Positions 1 to 10,461 of a DNA stretch of 48,101 nt are shown one piece after another. Under the pieces are notes generated by a model that worked only from the letters and a program-made list of their open reading frames with translations, was not told where the DNA came from and did not search any database. The stretch is taken from IMG/VR virus record IMGVR_UViG_2939521961_000008. One strand, given 5' to 3'. This DNA is from a virus. Taxonomy: Duplodnaviria; Heunggongvirae; Uroviricota; Caudoviricetes. The position numbers were made by a program, and so were the translations under genes. Numbering within the stretch: position 1 is the stretch's first letter; the number at the start of each line of letters is the position of its first letter.

Positions 1-1236
1 CTATGATAACCGCGCATTCAACATGGCTATCTGTTCGTCGTTCATGTCATCAATCCACATACCGTAAATTTCATACACCATCTGCGCAGTTTCATGCCCC
101 ATTTGGCTGGCTATAAATGCCGGGTTCGCTCCTGCCGTCAACAGCCAGCAGGCAAAAGTATGCCGCGTATGGTACGGATTACGGCGGCGAATACCAGCAC
201 GTTTTACTGCTGCATTCCACCTTGCCCCCAAACTGCTTACCGAGTAATAAGGTTTTTGTTTTCCGTTACACACCCTGGGCATGAAAACAAAATGCAGTTT
301 TTGCTTTTCGGTTCTGCCGTACTCCCGATGATAAAAGGTGATTTCGCTTTTGCGATGATGCCCGGTCAGTTTGTATTGCTCCTTCAGTGCTTCAAGAGCA
401 GGCTGCAGTAGTGTTACTGTCCGGATCCCGGCATTTGTTTTTGGGGGACCGAACATATCAAGTATCGTCAGGTTTCTTCTGACATTCACTATTCCCTTTT
501 CGAGATCCACATCCTCCCACGCCAGAGCTGCCAGTTCCCCGTGACGAAGTCCTGAGTAAACTGCAAATTTCCACATGTTCTGGCTCTGTCCTTTTTCACT
601 TTCCATTAATGCATTGAATTCTGTTTTAGATAACGGATCAGGCTTTATTCTGTTTCGCTGTAATTTTTTTACTCCTTCAAATGGTTTGGTTGATATAAAT
701 CCCGACTGATACGCAAAACGTAACAGCGAACAGAGCAGGGCGATATAGTTATCAACTGTGCGCACGGTTCTTCCTTTTTTGTTGGATCTTGGATTATCCA
801 GGTAAAGCGTTTCTCCATGCAGCAGTTCATTCCGGTAGTTTAAGATATCGCTATAACGAATATGTGATATCAGGGTACTTTCACAAATTATTATTCTGAG
901 TGTTTTTAATTGTGATTTCGTTTTCTTCATTGTGTTTGTTGTTAACTCTGTCTCTTTAATTTTTGTCCAGATATCACAAAGCTCTCCGAACGTTTTTATG
1001 ACTCTCGTTGTCACCATTTTTGCCCCAGTGCTGGACTGGGGAAAACGTCTTAAATACTCAAATTCACCGGAGTTTATTTCATGAACTATCAGCGCTCTTA
1101 AATTTCCGGCCTTTTTAATATTACTGTTTGTAATCTCCCAGCCTTTTAATGTTTCCCGACATCGTTTTCCTCGAAACATGAACCAGATGCGAATGTATCT
1201 ACCTCTAATCTCGACACCTGTTGGTAATTTAGACAT
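1..1236 (-). CDS. int: phage tyrosine integrase (Rac IntR-like), 411 aa
   Basis: 411-aa ORF ending at the window edge; C-terminal region RHTFACW...YEIYG fits the tyrosine-recombinase HxxR/Y catalytic pattern; adjacent to excisionase at the prophage end. Confidence 0.9.
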   Translation of the reverse strand: MSKLPTGVEIRGRYIRIWFMFRGKRCRETLKGWEITNSNIKKAGNLRALIVHEINSGEFEYLRRFPQSSTGAKMVTTRVIKTFGELCDIWTKIKETELTTNTMKKTKSQLKTLRIIICESTLISHIRYSDILNYRNELLHGETLYLDNPRSNKKGRTVRTVDNYIALLCSLLRFAYQSGFISTKPFEGVKKLQRNRIKPDPLSKTEFNALMESEKGQSQNMWKFAVYSGLRHGELAALAWEDVDLEKGIVNVRRNLTILDMFGPPKTNAGIRTVTLLQPALEALKEQYKLTGHHRKSEITFYHREYGRTEKQKLHFVFMPRVCNGKQKPYYSVSSLGARWNAAVKRAGIRRRNPYHTRHTFACWLLTAGANPAFIASQMGHETAQMVYEIYGMWIDDMNDEQIAMLNARLS

Positions 1237-1237
1237 A

Positions 1238-1477
1238 TCATGAGTCTTTGATAAACTGATTTATCTTTGGATAGTTGTACCAGATAATCCCTCGTTTGCT
1301 GTCTGGCTTACCTAAAGGAGATACTCGTTTGAAGTGGAAGCCCTCCACCCAACAGTTCTGGCGGTATGCTTCAATTTGTCTGGCCCCCAGACCAGTGCGA
1401 AGCATCAGGCCGTATTCAACCATCCACTCTTCATTAAAGATTACTTGTGCCATCGCATCACCTCTGGCAGGCGCCAA
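1238..1477 (-). CDS. xisR: excisionase-like protein (XisR/YdaQ-like); true start may be the internal Met at 1453
   Basis: 79-aa ORF immediately upstream of int on the same strand; sequence [18 protein letters not shown]... matches my recollection of Rac YdaQ. Confidence 0.7.
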   Translation of the reverse strand: MAPARGDAMAQVIFNEEWMVEYGLMLRTGLGARQIEAYRQNCWVEGFHFKRVSPLGKPDSKRGIIWYNYPKINQFIKDS

Positions 1478-1552
1478 TGTTAGACTGAAATTGACGCCCG
1501 ATGTTGATTATTAATAATCAGCTATGAAGTTTTAATTTGAATACAATGCAAT

Positions 1553-1753
1553 TCACGAGGACTGAAGTTTCTCGCAATTAAAATTTATCAGTTTTACTTT
1601 CTGCTCTCTGGAAACGCCTGCTTCTTTTTTACCTGAGAGCATTTTTTCGCATTCTGATTTCGTTAGTTTAGATTTTGAATATCTTGTCCAGTTAGTAGGA
1701 GTGCCACCTTCCTTTTCAATAGTGGCGGTAATTTTATACATGAACACCTCCAT
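1553..1753 (-). CDS. ydaC: small Rac-type protein YdaC-like (start chosen at internal Met MEVFMYK)
   Basis: ORF track 1553..1813; synteny between xis and ralR; overlaps ralR 3' end by about 20 nt. Confidence 0.55.
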   Translation of the reverse strand: MEVFMYKITATIEKEGGTPTNWTRYSKSKLTKSECEKMLSGKKEAGVSREQKVKLINFNCEKLQSS

Positions 1754-1928
1754 TATTATTTCCAGTGGTTCGTTTATTTCATCGTTCGAGTGCTTCTTTT
1801 TCACTTCCACCATAACCGGTTCGGGATTCGCATCCGTTACACTTCGCTCGGTAATATCCTGAAATGGCTTTCACCGTTACTGATGGACAACCACAAAATG
1901 GACATGGTTTAACATTGTCATATCTCAT
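1734..1928 (-). CDS. ralR: restriction alleviation protein RalR/Lar, 64 aa (alternative start at 1940)
   Basis: Hand translation of minus strand gives MRYDNVKPCPFCGCPSVTVKAISGYYRAKCNGCESRTGYGGSEKEALERWNKRTTGNNNGGVHV with CxxC...CxxC; below the 60-aa cutoff of the ORF track. Confidence 0.75.
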
Positions 1929-1983
1929 AATTTTTCTCATAAAAATATTTCAAGTTGGCGGTGCATTACACCGCCAGGCTGAA

Positions 1984-2793
1984 TTATTCCTCTGAATTAT
2001 CGATTACACTGTATTCCCCGGTTAATACAGAGGAATCTGCAGGATCGATTGTCAGTGGTTCCTTTTCATCCATTGATACTGCACGCTGGATCTCAATTGA
2101 TACGGGCAGATATTTGAACAGGCGACGAATAGCCGTTTTCTTTGCCATTTCTTCCCAGTGAGTTACCCACGGCCCGTTATTACCAGCTTTACTCTGGCTG
2201 CGCACCAGCTCAATCTGTTTGCGCGTCATAACTTCAAACTGAGTACCTCCGTCTTTCAGTCTTGCGACAGCATAGACGTGGGTAACAGGGGCATCTTCGT
2301 TTTCTCCTGGGCGGTGTATTAACTTTTCATCAAGGCCAAATTCGAAATTAAACTCGTCACCTTCACGGACAACACGGGCTGACAGGCTGGCGATTTGACC
2401 TGAACGGCGAGCCAGATCAATCATGCCGCGATAGCCAATGATTAGCTGAACGTTTTTTTTACCGCTCTTTTCGTTTTTATTACCAAAAGGCAGTAAATAT
2501 GCATGACCGAGGGCGCTACCGGGCTCAAGTCCGAGCTGTGAACACTGTACGATTGCACTGACAAAACTCATAGTGTCACAGTTTCCTAACGCCGGAACTT
2601 TACGAATTTCTGTGGTGGCGATACGGATCATACGTTCAGCCGTCATATGGCGTGGAAGAGCTGCTGCCAGTTGCTCTTTCATTGATGGCTGGTTAATAAA
2701 ACTAATCACGTCGTTATTTTTAATTGCTGCTGGTGCACGGTTTCCCTGAGTTTTTTGCAGATCGGCTTTTGCGATTGGTGGTTGCTTAGTCAT
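1984..2793 (-). CDS. recT: RecT single-strand annealing recombinase, 269 aa
   Basis: Translation from [25 protein letters not shown]... matches Rac RecT over its length; ORF track extends to 2850 but the Met at 2793 gives the canonical 269 aa. Confidence 0.95.
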   Translation of the reverse strand: MTKQPPIAKADLQKTQGNRAPAAIKNNDVISFINQPSMKEQLAAALPRHMTAERMIRIATTEIRKVPALGNCDTMSFVSAIVQCSQLGLEPGSALGHAYLLPFGNKNEKSGKKNVQLIIGYRGMIDLARRSGQIASLSARVVREGDEFNFEFGLDEKLIHRPGENEDAPVTHVYAVARLKDGGTQFEVMTRKQIELVRSQSKAGNNGPWVTHWEEMAKKTAIRRLFKYLPVSIEIQRAVSMDEKEPLTIDPADSSVLTGEYSVIDNSEE

Positions 2794-5386
2794 TTGCATA
2801 TTCCTTAGCCCAGCGGGGCAGTGATAACGTCTTAATAGCTGGCCATTCATCGGTATTGAGGCAGTCAGCCAGGGTTCGCAGATTGCGGTGATATTCCAGC
2901 TGACCTGCCAGTTTTGCTTCTTCGCCCATCATGAAAATTTCAACCGGATAACGTCCGCATTCAATAGTTGTGCTGGCAACCAGAAAAACGAAAGTTGGCT
3001 GCACTCCAAACTGTGCTTCATAACCGTCACTGTAGAATGCATCCTGAACGTGATAGCGGTAGTCGTAATAAGCGGTTTTGAATCGTTGAATATCCGCCGT
3101 AGTTTTCACGTCCATGATCCAGTGAAATTCAGGGATAATTTTGTCCGGACGGCACCGACACAAAATTGCTGTTTCAGGATCTTCCCAGTAAATTGATGAT
3201 TCAGCGTGTCCGGCGCTTTCAACAAGCCATTGCCCCAGCGGCAAAGCCATAACGCTCTGATACATGAGTTCAATTTTCCGGCCTTCTTCGGCAGTGATAA
3301 CCGTTTTTCCTGTGCTTGCGCATTCCCTCAGAAACGCTTTCTCTTCTTCTTTTCCGGAGTTTGTCCGGCGGTTAAATTCAGGTGCTACGATAAAGCGGTT
3401 ACTGAATTCTTCCGGCTCAAGTACCCGGCAGTGGAAAGCGGTTCCTAAATCGAGCGTTTTTGTCTTTGTGGTGTCCACGGGGGCATTTTTACGCCACAAA
3501 TACAGTGCCGGAGTATCAGCAATGTCATCGAGCTGAGACTTACTGACACCGGGACCCGCGTGGTAATTCTCATTCGAAATTCCGTAATAAATACCTGGCT
3601 CTATGTCTTCTACGATTACGGGATCTGCGACTTCGCCAGTTTCATCACTGCAATCGCGATGCGGATCGCTGCCAGCATTCTCATTGTGCGGATGTTCAGC
3701 GCCTTCCATTTCCTCCGGATCATTTTCCTTAGCTTCAACCTGACTCTCTTCATCGAATGTTTCCTGGTATGTTGCGTCGCCCATCACCGCACCACAGTCA
3801 GGGCAGTTATCCCCGCCAGTCTGGCCGCAGGCATTGCAGGCTATTTCCGGTTCCTGTTGCACTATTGGCTCAGGTTGATTCATATCCGGGCTGGTTTTTT
3901 CCGTTTCTGGCTGGTTCTGGTACACACAATCGCGAGTCTGGATCCCCTTTACCCATTTCGGATCGTTCGGGTCGCTAATTCTGTCAACAAATTCACCACG
4001 TGATGCAGCAAGCAATTTATCGGCATCGACAGGATTTTTTGATGGAATGTTTTTCCGGGCTTCATGGAGTTCTGCCCGCAGTTCCTGATATTTCGCATCA
4101 ACAGAATTTACCTGTGACTGAGCATCCAGCGGCTGCGTGTCCTGATGATGTTCAGTTGCGTCCGGTTCCATTGTTTCAGCCTCTCCCTGTTCAACTGCCG
4201 TTGTTCCAGATGGTTGCGGTTTTTCTTCATAATCCTGTTTTCCTTCTTCTGTTACTCGCTGCGGCATCGGGGCAGAGGAGCGACCGCAGGCAATATCCAC
4301 GATTTCCGGATCAGGGTTGGCATGATCGGTTTCAGTCAGTACTTTGTTCAGATATTCAGTGACGTGCGCGGGGATGACCTCGATCCCAATTGGTGCTTCT
4401 TTTACGGACGCAACCACGATGGCGCGGGAATAATCCAGCCCGCCAGGCATGGTGATGAATTTGTCGCGGAAAACAGAAAAGGGCGGTTTATTTTCAGCGA
4501 TAATTTCCTCAATGCGTTTAGCGTGTGCCGGATGAAGGTTATAGATGTCCAGATCCATTGAACGGGCCAGTACGCCAGTGGCTACGTCCCGCGCCAGTGA
4601 CGTCAGATCGTGTACGAAACCTTCGCCGCGATCGGTGAGGTTTCCGCCGCCAGCATTAGCACCGGAAGCCGTGCGAGTGATGTGTGAAACACGATTACCC
4701 TTCATCCACTCTTTTGTCAGCAGTCCTCGATCGGTGTAGTCAGCGTTCAGGTATGCTTCGAAAAAAGCAGTTATCAGTCCCAGGTTTGAATTACCAGGAT
4801 TAGGGAAAACTTTGTCAGTGTCACGAACCAGTTTGTGGAGTTCGCGAATTTCCAGCGGGTCGAGCAGGCTGGTTTTGTGGGAAACAGCCAGGGCAGTAAC
4901 AGCCGGTAGTTCTTCAGCCCGAGCAATGTGTAATGCCTGGAGTCCGTCGCGTGAAACGTGCGTTACCGGTTTTTCGCTGCCGTGTTGAGCAAGCCAACGA
5001 ATGGGCAGTTCCTGGCCAGAAATTGGGAGTAGCATATTCTCCTCAATCTCAGTCATGTCTTCGCCGTTGACGTTGGTATTGCCTTGATAGTGAGCGTTGT
5101 CTGGTGCTGCTCCCGGTTTTAGTTCCCATGTCATGGAGTCTTTGCTGAGTTGATAGCGTTCACTCCAGGTAAAATCGATCTCACCTTCAGCGGGCAGGTC
5201 ATTAACGACAGGAAAATTCGTGGCAACAGCTTTAAAATAGCTGCTCAGTTTTTTACCTGACTTAACGATCAGGTAGTCCAGAGTGGCACAGGTCGATTCA
5301 AAATCGTTGCTTGCCCACAGGACGACGTCAGGTTCACCGGATGATTTTTTCGCTTTCCGTAACAGGAAGAGTGGTTTTGTGCTCAT
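2786..5386 (-). CDS. recE: RecE exonuclease VIII, full-length 866 aa
   Basis: 866-aa [32 protein letters not shown]... with C-terminal nuclease region; 8-bp overlap with recT as in Rac. Confidence 0.95.
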   Translation of the reverse strand: MSTKPLFLLRKAKKSSGEPDVVLWASNDFESTCATLDYLIVKSGKKLSSYFKAVATNFPVVNDLPAEGEIDFTWSERYQLSKDSMTWELKPGAAPDNAHYQGNTNVNGEDMTEIEENMLLPISGQELPIRWLAQHGSEKPVTHVSRDGLQALHIARAEELPAVTALAVSHKTSLLDPLEIRELHKLVRDTDKVFPNPGNSNLGLITAFFEAYLNADYTDRGLLTKEWMKGNRVSHITRTASGANAGGGNLTDRGEGFVHDLTSLARDVATGVLARSMDLDIYNLHPAHAKRIEEIIAENKPPFSVFRDKFITMPGGLDYSRAIVVASVKEAPIGIEVIPAHVTEYLNKVLTETDHANPDPEIVDIACGRSSAPMPQRVTEEGKQDYEEKPQPSGTTAVEQGEAETMEPDATEHHQDTQPLDAQSQVNSVDAKYQELRAELHEARKNIPSKNPVDADKLLAASRGEFVDRISDPNDPKWVKGIQTRDCVYQNQPETEKTSPDMNQPEPIVQQEPEIACNACGQTGGDNCPDCGAVMGDATYQETFDEESQVEAKENDPEEMEGAEHPHNENAGSDPHRDCSDETGEVADPVIVEDIEPGIYYGISNENYHAGPGVSKSQLDDIADTPALYLWRKNAPVDTTKTKTLDLGTAFHCRVLEPEEFSNRFIVAPEFNRRTNSGKEEEKAFLRECASTGKTVITAEEGRKIELMYQSVMALPLGQWLVESAGHAESSIYWEDPETAILCRCRPDKIIPEFHWIMDVKTTADIQRFKTAYYDYRYHVQDAFYSDGYEAQFGVQPTFVFLVASTTIECGRYPVEIFMMGEEAKLAGQLEYHRNLRTLADCLNTDEWPAIKTLSLPRWAKEYAND

Positions 5387-5487
5387 TGTTTTTTAACCTC
5401 AACTCAGATTAAAATTCGTTTTGTTCAGTGAATGATCTTGCCGGATACACACTGTTCATAGCCTGCGCCATACGCAGGCTATTTCTT

Positions 5488-5763
5488 TCAGATTTCACCT
5501 TTTAATTTCATTGCAATTAGAGTTGCCAGAAATTCGGCTTTTTTTTCTGCGGGCAGATTCTTTCCGATATGCACCAGGCACATTTTTTTGACACCTTCAT
5601 CAAGTGTTTTTACGTTGCCTGATGGACCATCGATATCAACCACAGTGAATGGGGTTTCTTTATTTTCTGTTTTAATTACGTAGCCAATGCGCTTTCCTTC
5701 CAGATTCACCTCGTGAACAATGTCATCGGTAGTTACAACAGTGGCTTCATAATTGGTAATCAT
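5488..5763 (-). CDS. racC: RacC-like protein, 91 aa
   Basis: Internal Met MITNYEATVVTTDDIVHEVN... of ORF 5488..5811; position upstream of recE. Confidence 0.8.
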   Translation of the reverse strand: MITNYEATVVTTDDIVHEVNLEGKRIGYVIKTENKETPFTVVDIDGPSGNVKTLDEGVKKMCLVHIGKNLPAEKKAEFLATLIAMKLKGEI

Positions 5764-5837
5764 GTTTTTCTCCTTAATTAAGGTTGAGCGAATACCTGCC
5801 ATTTCTGGCATAAATTCAGTTTCGAATAGTCAATTAA

Positions 5838-6008
5838 TTAAAGTTCATGTGCCATCTGGTCTTTTTCGGCACAAGCTTCACTGCAATATTTTCTCGGTTC
5901 GTCTTTTGATAAAATCCCGTGCATGAAGTGAAGCATTCTTTCAATAGCTTTGCTTTCTTCAACGTCTTTTTTGCAAAGGTGGTAAGCACATTTTATTTTC
6001 TTAGTCAT
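5838..6008 (-). CDS. ydaE: YdaE-like small Cys-rich protein, 56 aa
   Basis: Hand translation [56 protein letters not shown]; ATGA start overlap with kilR stop; under 60 aa so absent from the ORF track. Confidence 0.7.
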   Translation of the reverse strand: MTKKIKCAYHLCKKDVEESKAIERMLHFMHGILSKDEPRKYCSEACAEKDQMAHEL

Positions 6009-6229
6009 CACCATGACTCCGCCTTTACAGGTAAACCATCACGACCGAGGAAGACTTTAATCATGCGGTCAGTAATGCATGTTTTTGTGGTCAGGTTACG
6101 AATATATAGTTTTCGCTTTTTAATATTGTTTGCCGAGGCAATATATGTCCGGCCTTCATGAAGAACATAATCGCCAGGAGTCACACACTGACGTGGTATT
6201 TCATCAGTTCCGAAGTGATGTGCAATCAT
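6008..6229 (-). CDS. kilR: KilR cell-division inhibitor, 73 aa
   Basis: [32 protein letters not shown]... from internal Met of ORF 6008..6241; first gene of the leftward operon. Confidence 0.85.
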   Translation of the reverse strand: MIAHHFGTDEIPRQCVTPGDYVLHEGRTYIASANNIKKRKLYIRNLTTKTCITDRMIKVFLGRDGLPVKAESW

Positions 6230-6649
6230 AATTATCTCCATTTTTACAAATGAACTTTGTTGATGCGGTGCCTGGTGCCTCCAGGTGACTGCAACCAGTT
6301 AACAATTACAGTCGGCTTTCCCACCCAAACCAATAAGGACTAACATGACTTTTAACTGTGCCGCGTGCGCTTAGCCGCATTCACCGCATCACAAAATTCA
6401 CTTTAAAAAGGGCGGACATCAGTCGAACTTCAAGAAAAAACTGATGCCGCCAAGACTACACACAGCAGTGTTGTTATTCACAACCGGAGGCGCACTCCCA
6501 CCATTTAAATTTAACAGACAAGACCGACTCTTTATGGATACCGGAAATGCGCCTTCGTGTTGTGCCCGGTTTTATTTCACCACCTCCGGGCTTTGGTGGC
6601 CTCGGCTATACCCCTACAGCAAGAATATTGAATTAATCCAATAAATGGT

Positions 6650-6889
6650 TTAGCTGGTATTTTTGGCAAGCCAGCGACGGGCACCATTTTCGGTTTTAAA
6701 CGTTTTGCTTTTGGTATACGTCATTGCGGTGAACGTGCCGTCCTGGTTTGGAAACACGCCGTACACCAGAGATGCGTTGTTGCCAAGATCGATAGTATCC
6801 ATGCTGACCTCATTTCCCCTTAACGCCGGGGTAGCGGAACAAAAACCTGCTGCATAGTTATTAAAGTTGAACCCTGCCGTCATGTTCAT
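6650..6889 (-). CDS. hypothetical small protein (possible YdaF/YdaG-like); start uncertain
   Basis: 79-aa ORF in the leftward operon between the repressor and kilR; no recognisable domain. Confidence 0.35.
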   Translation of the reverse strand: MNMTAGFNFNNYAAGFCSATPALRGNEVSMDTIDLGNNASLVYGVFPNQDGTFTAMTYTKSKTFKTENGARRWLAKNTS

Positions 6890-7100
6890 ACGCCTCGGGC
6901 TGGCTACTTAACCCCTGACCACTGCCGGGTAACTCGAAGTATTGCCCTGCGTTCTGTGGGGCGGGGTGGGTTGGTAGGTATATAATGTACTTTGTGTTCA
7001 TTGATGTAAAGTACTTTAAGTACATTTTGTGTGTAAAAAAATGAGATGGGATAAAGTGAAGCACAAACCCGGAGGGGGACGCTACCGGATTTATGCTGGT

Positions 7101-7520
7101 TTAAGAGGCTTTTTGTTTTTTCTTTCGTGCTAGCTCTTCGTAAATTGCATTGTACTTCTGTTTTTTCTCCTCAAGAGTTTTTAAAAGTTCATCTGTCTCA
7201 CTGTCAGGGAGCTCGTCCAGAAGGTCAATGATGATTTTTTGTCTTGGATTTAACTCCTGATAGAAACGTACCTGTCCACTTTCTTCTGTATCCTCTCCCA
7301 AAAGATAGGTTGGTGTTGTTCCAATGAGTGTTGCTAATTCCCTTAATTTCTCTCGGCGAGGAATTGTTTCGCCATTAAACCATTTGCTAACCGCTTTTGG
7401 TGTTAATTTCATTCGACGGGCAATTTCTGCCTGCCTTCCATGTTGTTCATAACCAGCGTTTTCACAGGCTAGCGCAAGCCTACTGGCGAACTCTTTACGC
7501 GCTTTATCTTCATGAACCAT
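7101..7520 (-). CDS. prophage repressor, XRE-family HTH without a peptidase domain (RacR/DicA-like architecture)
   Basis: 139 aa; HTH segment GRQAEIARRMKLTPKAVSKWFNGE; divergently arranged with a Cro-like gene across a 79-bp operator region. Confidence 0.7.
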   Translation of the reverse strand: MVHEDKARKEFASRLALACENAGYEQHGRQAEIARRMKLTPKAVSKWFNGETIPRREKLRELATLIGTTPTYLLGEDTEESGQVRFYQELNPRQKIIIDLLDELPDSETDELLKTLEEKKQKYNAIYEELARKKKQKAS

Positions 7521-7599
7521 AAGTTCAATGATATTCGCTCTTGAATGTACTGTCAGTTCTGTTATAGCATGTACTCAAAGTTCACATTGTGAGGGTGAT

Positions 7600-7854
7600 A
7601 TGAACCAGAAAACACTTGAAGATGTAATCAAAACTGTTCGCGTTTCTGTTGTGGCCGACGTTTGTGGTGTCAGCCAAAGAGCAATCTACAAATGGATGGA
7701 TAACGGAAAATTGCCTCGCACAGAATATACCGGCGAAACAAATTACGCTGAAAAAATCGCTCATGCATCAAACGGATTATTTTCTGCTGATGTAATTTTA
7801 ACTATTGGCAGAAATAAAACTACTACGAAAAAGCTGATGGGAGTTGATTCATGA
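7600..7854 (+). CDS. ydaS: YdaS-like Cro-type HTH protein
   Basis: Start at MNQKTLEDVIK with upstream GAGGGTGA; HTH CGVSQRAIYKWMDNGKLP; divergent from repressor. Confidence 0.7.
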   Translation: MNQKTLEDVIKTVRVSVVADVCGVSQRAIYKWMDNGKLPRTEYTGETNYAEKIAHASNGLFSADVILTIGRNKTTTKKLMGVDS

Positions 7855-8273
7855 AAATCAAGCATGAGCACATCGAGTCAGTGTTGTTAGCCCTGGCAGC
7901 CGAAAAAGGGCAGGCATGGGTAGCCAATGCCATTACTGAAGAATATCTGCGCCAGGGGGGCGGCGAATTGCCCCTGGTACCAGGCAAGGACTGGAATAAT
8001 CAGCAGAATATCTATCACCGTTGGTTGAAAGGTGAAACGAAAACGCAAAGAGAAAAAATTCAGAAGCTGATCCCAGCAATTCTGGCAATCCTTCCGCGCG
8101 AGCTGCGTCACCGACTCTGCATCTTCGATACCCTGGAACGCCGTGCATTACTGGCGGCGCAGGAAGCGTTAAGTACGGCAATTGATGCGCATGATGATGC
8201 AGTCCAAGCCGTTTACCGGAAAGCGCATTTCAGCGGCGGCGGGTCTTCCGACGATTCTGTCATTGTTCATTAA
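7851..8273 (+). CDS. ydaT: YdaT-like protein (CII-like position), 140 aa
   Basis: ATGA overlap with ydaS stop; 140 aa as in Rac YdaT. Confidence 0.65.
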   Translation: MKIKHEHIESVLLALAAEKGQAWVANAITEEYLRQGGGELPLVPGKDWNNQQNIYHRWLKGETKTQREKIQKLIPAILAILPRELRHRLCIFDTLERRALLAAQEALSTAIDAHDDAVQAVYRKAHFSGGGSSDDSVIVH

Positions 8274-8285
8274 GCAAAAGTTTCC

Positions 8286-8776
8286 ATGCTGTTTGTGCTT
8301 ATTCTAAGCCACCGGGCAGCATCATACGGGGCAATTATGGCCGCATTACCATACATGCAACTGTACATAGCTGATTACCTGGCTGACACCATGCATTTGT
8401 CAGCAGAGGAGCATGGTGCGTATTTGTTGCTGATGTTCAATTACTGGCAAACAGGAAAGCCAATACCTAAAAACAGGCTGGCAAAAATTGCCCGTCTGAC
8501 TAACGAGCGATGGGCTGATGTTGAACCATCCTTGCAGGAGTTTTTTTGCGATAACGGCGAGGAATGGGTGCATCTTCGGATTGAGGAAGATCTGGCATCA
8601 GTCAGGGAAAAATTAACCAAAAAATCAGCCGCAGGAAAAGCATCTGTTCAGGCCAGAAGAAGCAGAAAGGAAGCAGATGTTCAAACAAAACAAGAGAGAA
8701 ATTTAACAGGTGTTCAAACAGATGTTGAAGTGGTGTTTGAACATGATGTCAACACAAAGGCAACTAATAAAGATAC
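8286..8776 (+). pseudogene. ydaU: ydaU-like (DUF1376) replication gene, N-terminal part, truncated by IS insertion
   Basis: ORF reads MAALPYMQLYIADYLADTMHLSAEEHGAYLLLMFNYWQTGKPIP... and runs directly into the IS inverted repeat at 8777. Confidence 0.6.
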
Positions 8777-8818
8777 TGAACCGCCCCGGGTTTCCTGGAG
8801 AGTATTTTATCTGTGAAC

Positions 8819-9709
8819 TCAGGCTGCCAGATCATTATTTCCGATGGAAGCATAATAAGCTTTTTCTGCTTCTGCCGGAGGAATATGGCCCAGCCTTTCC
8901 AGCAATCGTCGATTGTTATACCAGTCCACCCACGTTAGTGTGGCCAGTTCCACTTCTGTCCGGTTTTTCCAGCTATTACGGTGTATTACCTCCGCTTTGT
9001 AAAGACCATTGATGCTCTCAGCCATCGCGTTGTCATACGAGTCGCCAGTACTCCCTGTTGATGCCAGTAATCCGGCTTCCTTAAGCCGCTGCGTGTAGGC
9101 CAGCGATACATACTGAGAACCTTTATCACTGTGATGGATTGTGCCGGACGGCCGACGGGCCCACAACGCCTGCTCCAGTGCATCCAGCACGAATGTTGTT
9201 TCCATGGATGATGAGACCTGCCATCCCACGATGTATCCGGCGAACACATCAATGATGAACGCCACATAAACGAAGCCCTGCCATGTGCTTACCCAGGTAA
9301 AATCAGCCACCCACAACTGGTCTGGACGTTCTGCCACGAACTGACGGTTTACGCGGTCGCATGCGGCAACGGCTTTCCGGCTGACGGTAGTGCGGACCTT
9401 TTTACCCCGGAGAACACCGGCAAGTCCCATAACTGCCATGAGACGTGCCACAGTGCATCTGGCCACTCTGATACCTTCCCGTAACAACTGACGCCAGACT
9501 TTACGCACACCGTATACCTGGTGATTTTCATCGTATACGCGCTGTATCTCTTTCTTCAGCCAGTCATCGTGCTGCGCACGGGCACTGCGTTTATCCGGAT
9601 GATGTCGCTGTTGCTGACAATGGTAATACGTTGACGGGGCAATATGCAGTTCGCTGCATACCGGTCCGACCCCGTACTGCTCACGCAGCTTATCCAGCAG
9701 TGGCATCAT
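8819..9709 (-). CDS. IS3-family transposase OrfB (DDE integrase domain), 296 aa
   Basis: DDE-type catalytic core (…WVADFTW…, …HSDKGSQY…, …DNAMAES…); overlaps orfA end. Confidence 0.9.
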   Translation of the reverse strand: MMPLLDKLREQYGVGPVCSELHIAPSTYYHCQQQRHHPDKRSARAQHDDWLKKEIQRVYDENHQVYGVRKVWRQLLREGIRVARCTVARLMAVMGLAGVLRGKKVRTTVSRKAVAACDRVNRQFVAERPDQLWVADFTWVSTWQGFVYVAFIIDVFAGYIVGWQVSSSMETTFVLDALEQALWARRPSGTIHHSDKGSQYVSLAYTQRLKEAGLLASTGSTGDSYDNAMAESINGLYKAEVIHRNSWKNRTEVELATLTWVDWYNNRRLLERLGHIPPAEAEKAYYASIGNNDLAA

Positions 9710-10032
9710 TTTTTCCAGAGGCGGTCGAACTCCGCCTTCGCAAAATAAGCGGAAGCCTGGCGAAGGATATCGTTACTGCGGCGCAGTTCACGATTTTCAC
9801 GTTCCAGCTCTTTCAGACGCTGACGTTCAGCACTGGTGAGCCCACCATCACCGCCCCCGGTATCCCGCTCATGCTGGCGAACCCAGACACGCAGAGTCTC
9901 CGGCGTACAGCCAATCTTTGGGGCAATGGAACAAATTGCCGCCCACTGTGAGTCATATTCATCCTGACTTTCCAGAACCATACGAATCGCCCGCTGACGG
10001 ACTTCGGGGGAAAAACGAGTATTTTTAGTCAT
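9706..10032 (-). CDS. IS3-family transposase OrfA (HTH), 108 aa
   Basis: [22 protein letters not shown]... with leucine-zipper-like C-terminus; ends in GGAAAAAATGA where orfB begins (frameshift window). Confidence 0.9.
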   Translation of the reverse strand: MTKNTRFSPEVRQRAIRMVLESQDEYDSQWAAICSIAPKIGCTPETLRVWVRQHERDTGGGDGGLTSAERQRLKELERENRELRRSNDILRQASAYFAKAEFDRLWKK

Positions 10033-10095
10033 CCTGTTTACCTCTTTCTCAGGGAGTTTAGTCTCCAGGATTTCCGGGGCGGTTCATACAGATAA

Positions 10096-10455
10096 AGATC
10101 TAAAAACAGATCCCCCCCTAAATCCCCCCGGGGGAATCGAGGTGTCAAAAAGTTTGACCCTCTGGATATTGCTTTGCCGAACTGGATTTCTGTCTCGCTT
10201 TGGCGTGAGTGGGTTGAATTTCGCCAGGCATTGCGAAAACCGATTCGAACGGAGCAGGGCGCTAACGGGGCGATACGGGAGCTGGAAAAATTCCGCCAGC
10301 AGGGTTTTTCACCTGAGCAGGTGATTCGACACAGCATCGCCAATGAATACCAGGGCTTGTTCGCGCCGAAAGGTGTTCGACCTGAGACGTTACTCCGACA
10401 GGTTAACACCGTCTCGTTACCGGATAGTGCGATCCCGCCAGGCTTCAGGGGGTAA
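10096..10455 (+). pseudogene. ydaU: ydaU-like replication gene, C-terminal part downstream of the IS (different frame from the N-terminal part)
   Basis: Open frame from 10096 giving ...VKKFDPLDIALPNWISVSLWREWVEFRQALRKPIRTEQGANGAIRELEKFRQQGF...; no start codon of its own except TTG. Confidence 0.5.
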
Positions 10456-10461
10456 CTGACC

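Larger units (their letters stand above)
8777..10086 (-). mobile_element. IS3-family insertion sequence, IS629/IS1203-like, 1310 bp, flanked by 3-bp direct repeat TAC
   Basis: Imperfect terminal inverted repeats TGAACCGCCCCGG...CCTGGAGA at both ends; internal orfA and orfB on minus strand; TAC at 8774-8776 and 10087-10089. Confidence 0.9.

Noticed and set aside
94-411. 105-aa plus-strand ORF
   Set aside because: Lies entirely antisense within the integrase gene; no RBS; shadow ORF.
2888-4739. Series of plus-strand ORFs (102-147 aa)
   Set aside because: All antisense within recE, with low-complexity composition; typical shadow frames of a long gene.
6444-6644. 66-aa plus-strand ORF between kilR and the repressor
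   Set aside because: No RBS, Pro/Trp/Leu-rich odd composition, opposite orientation to the leftward operon.
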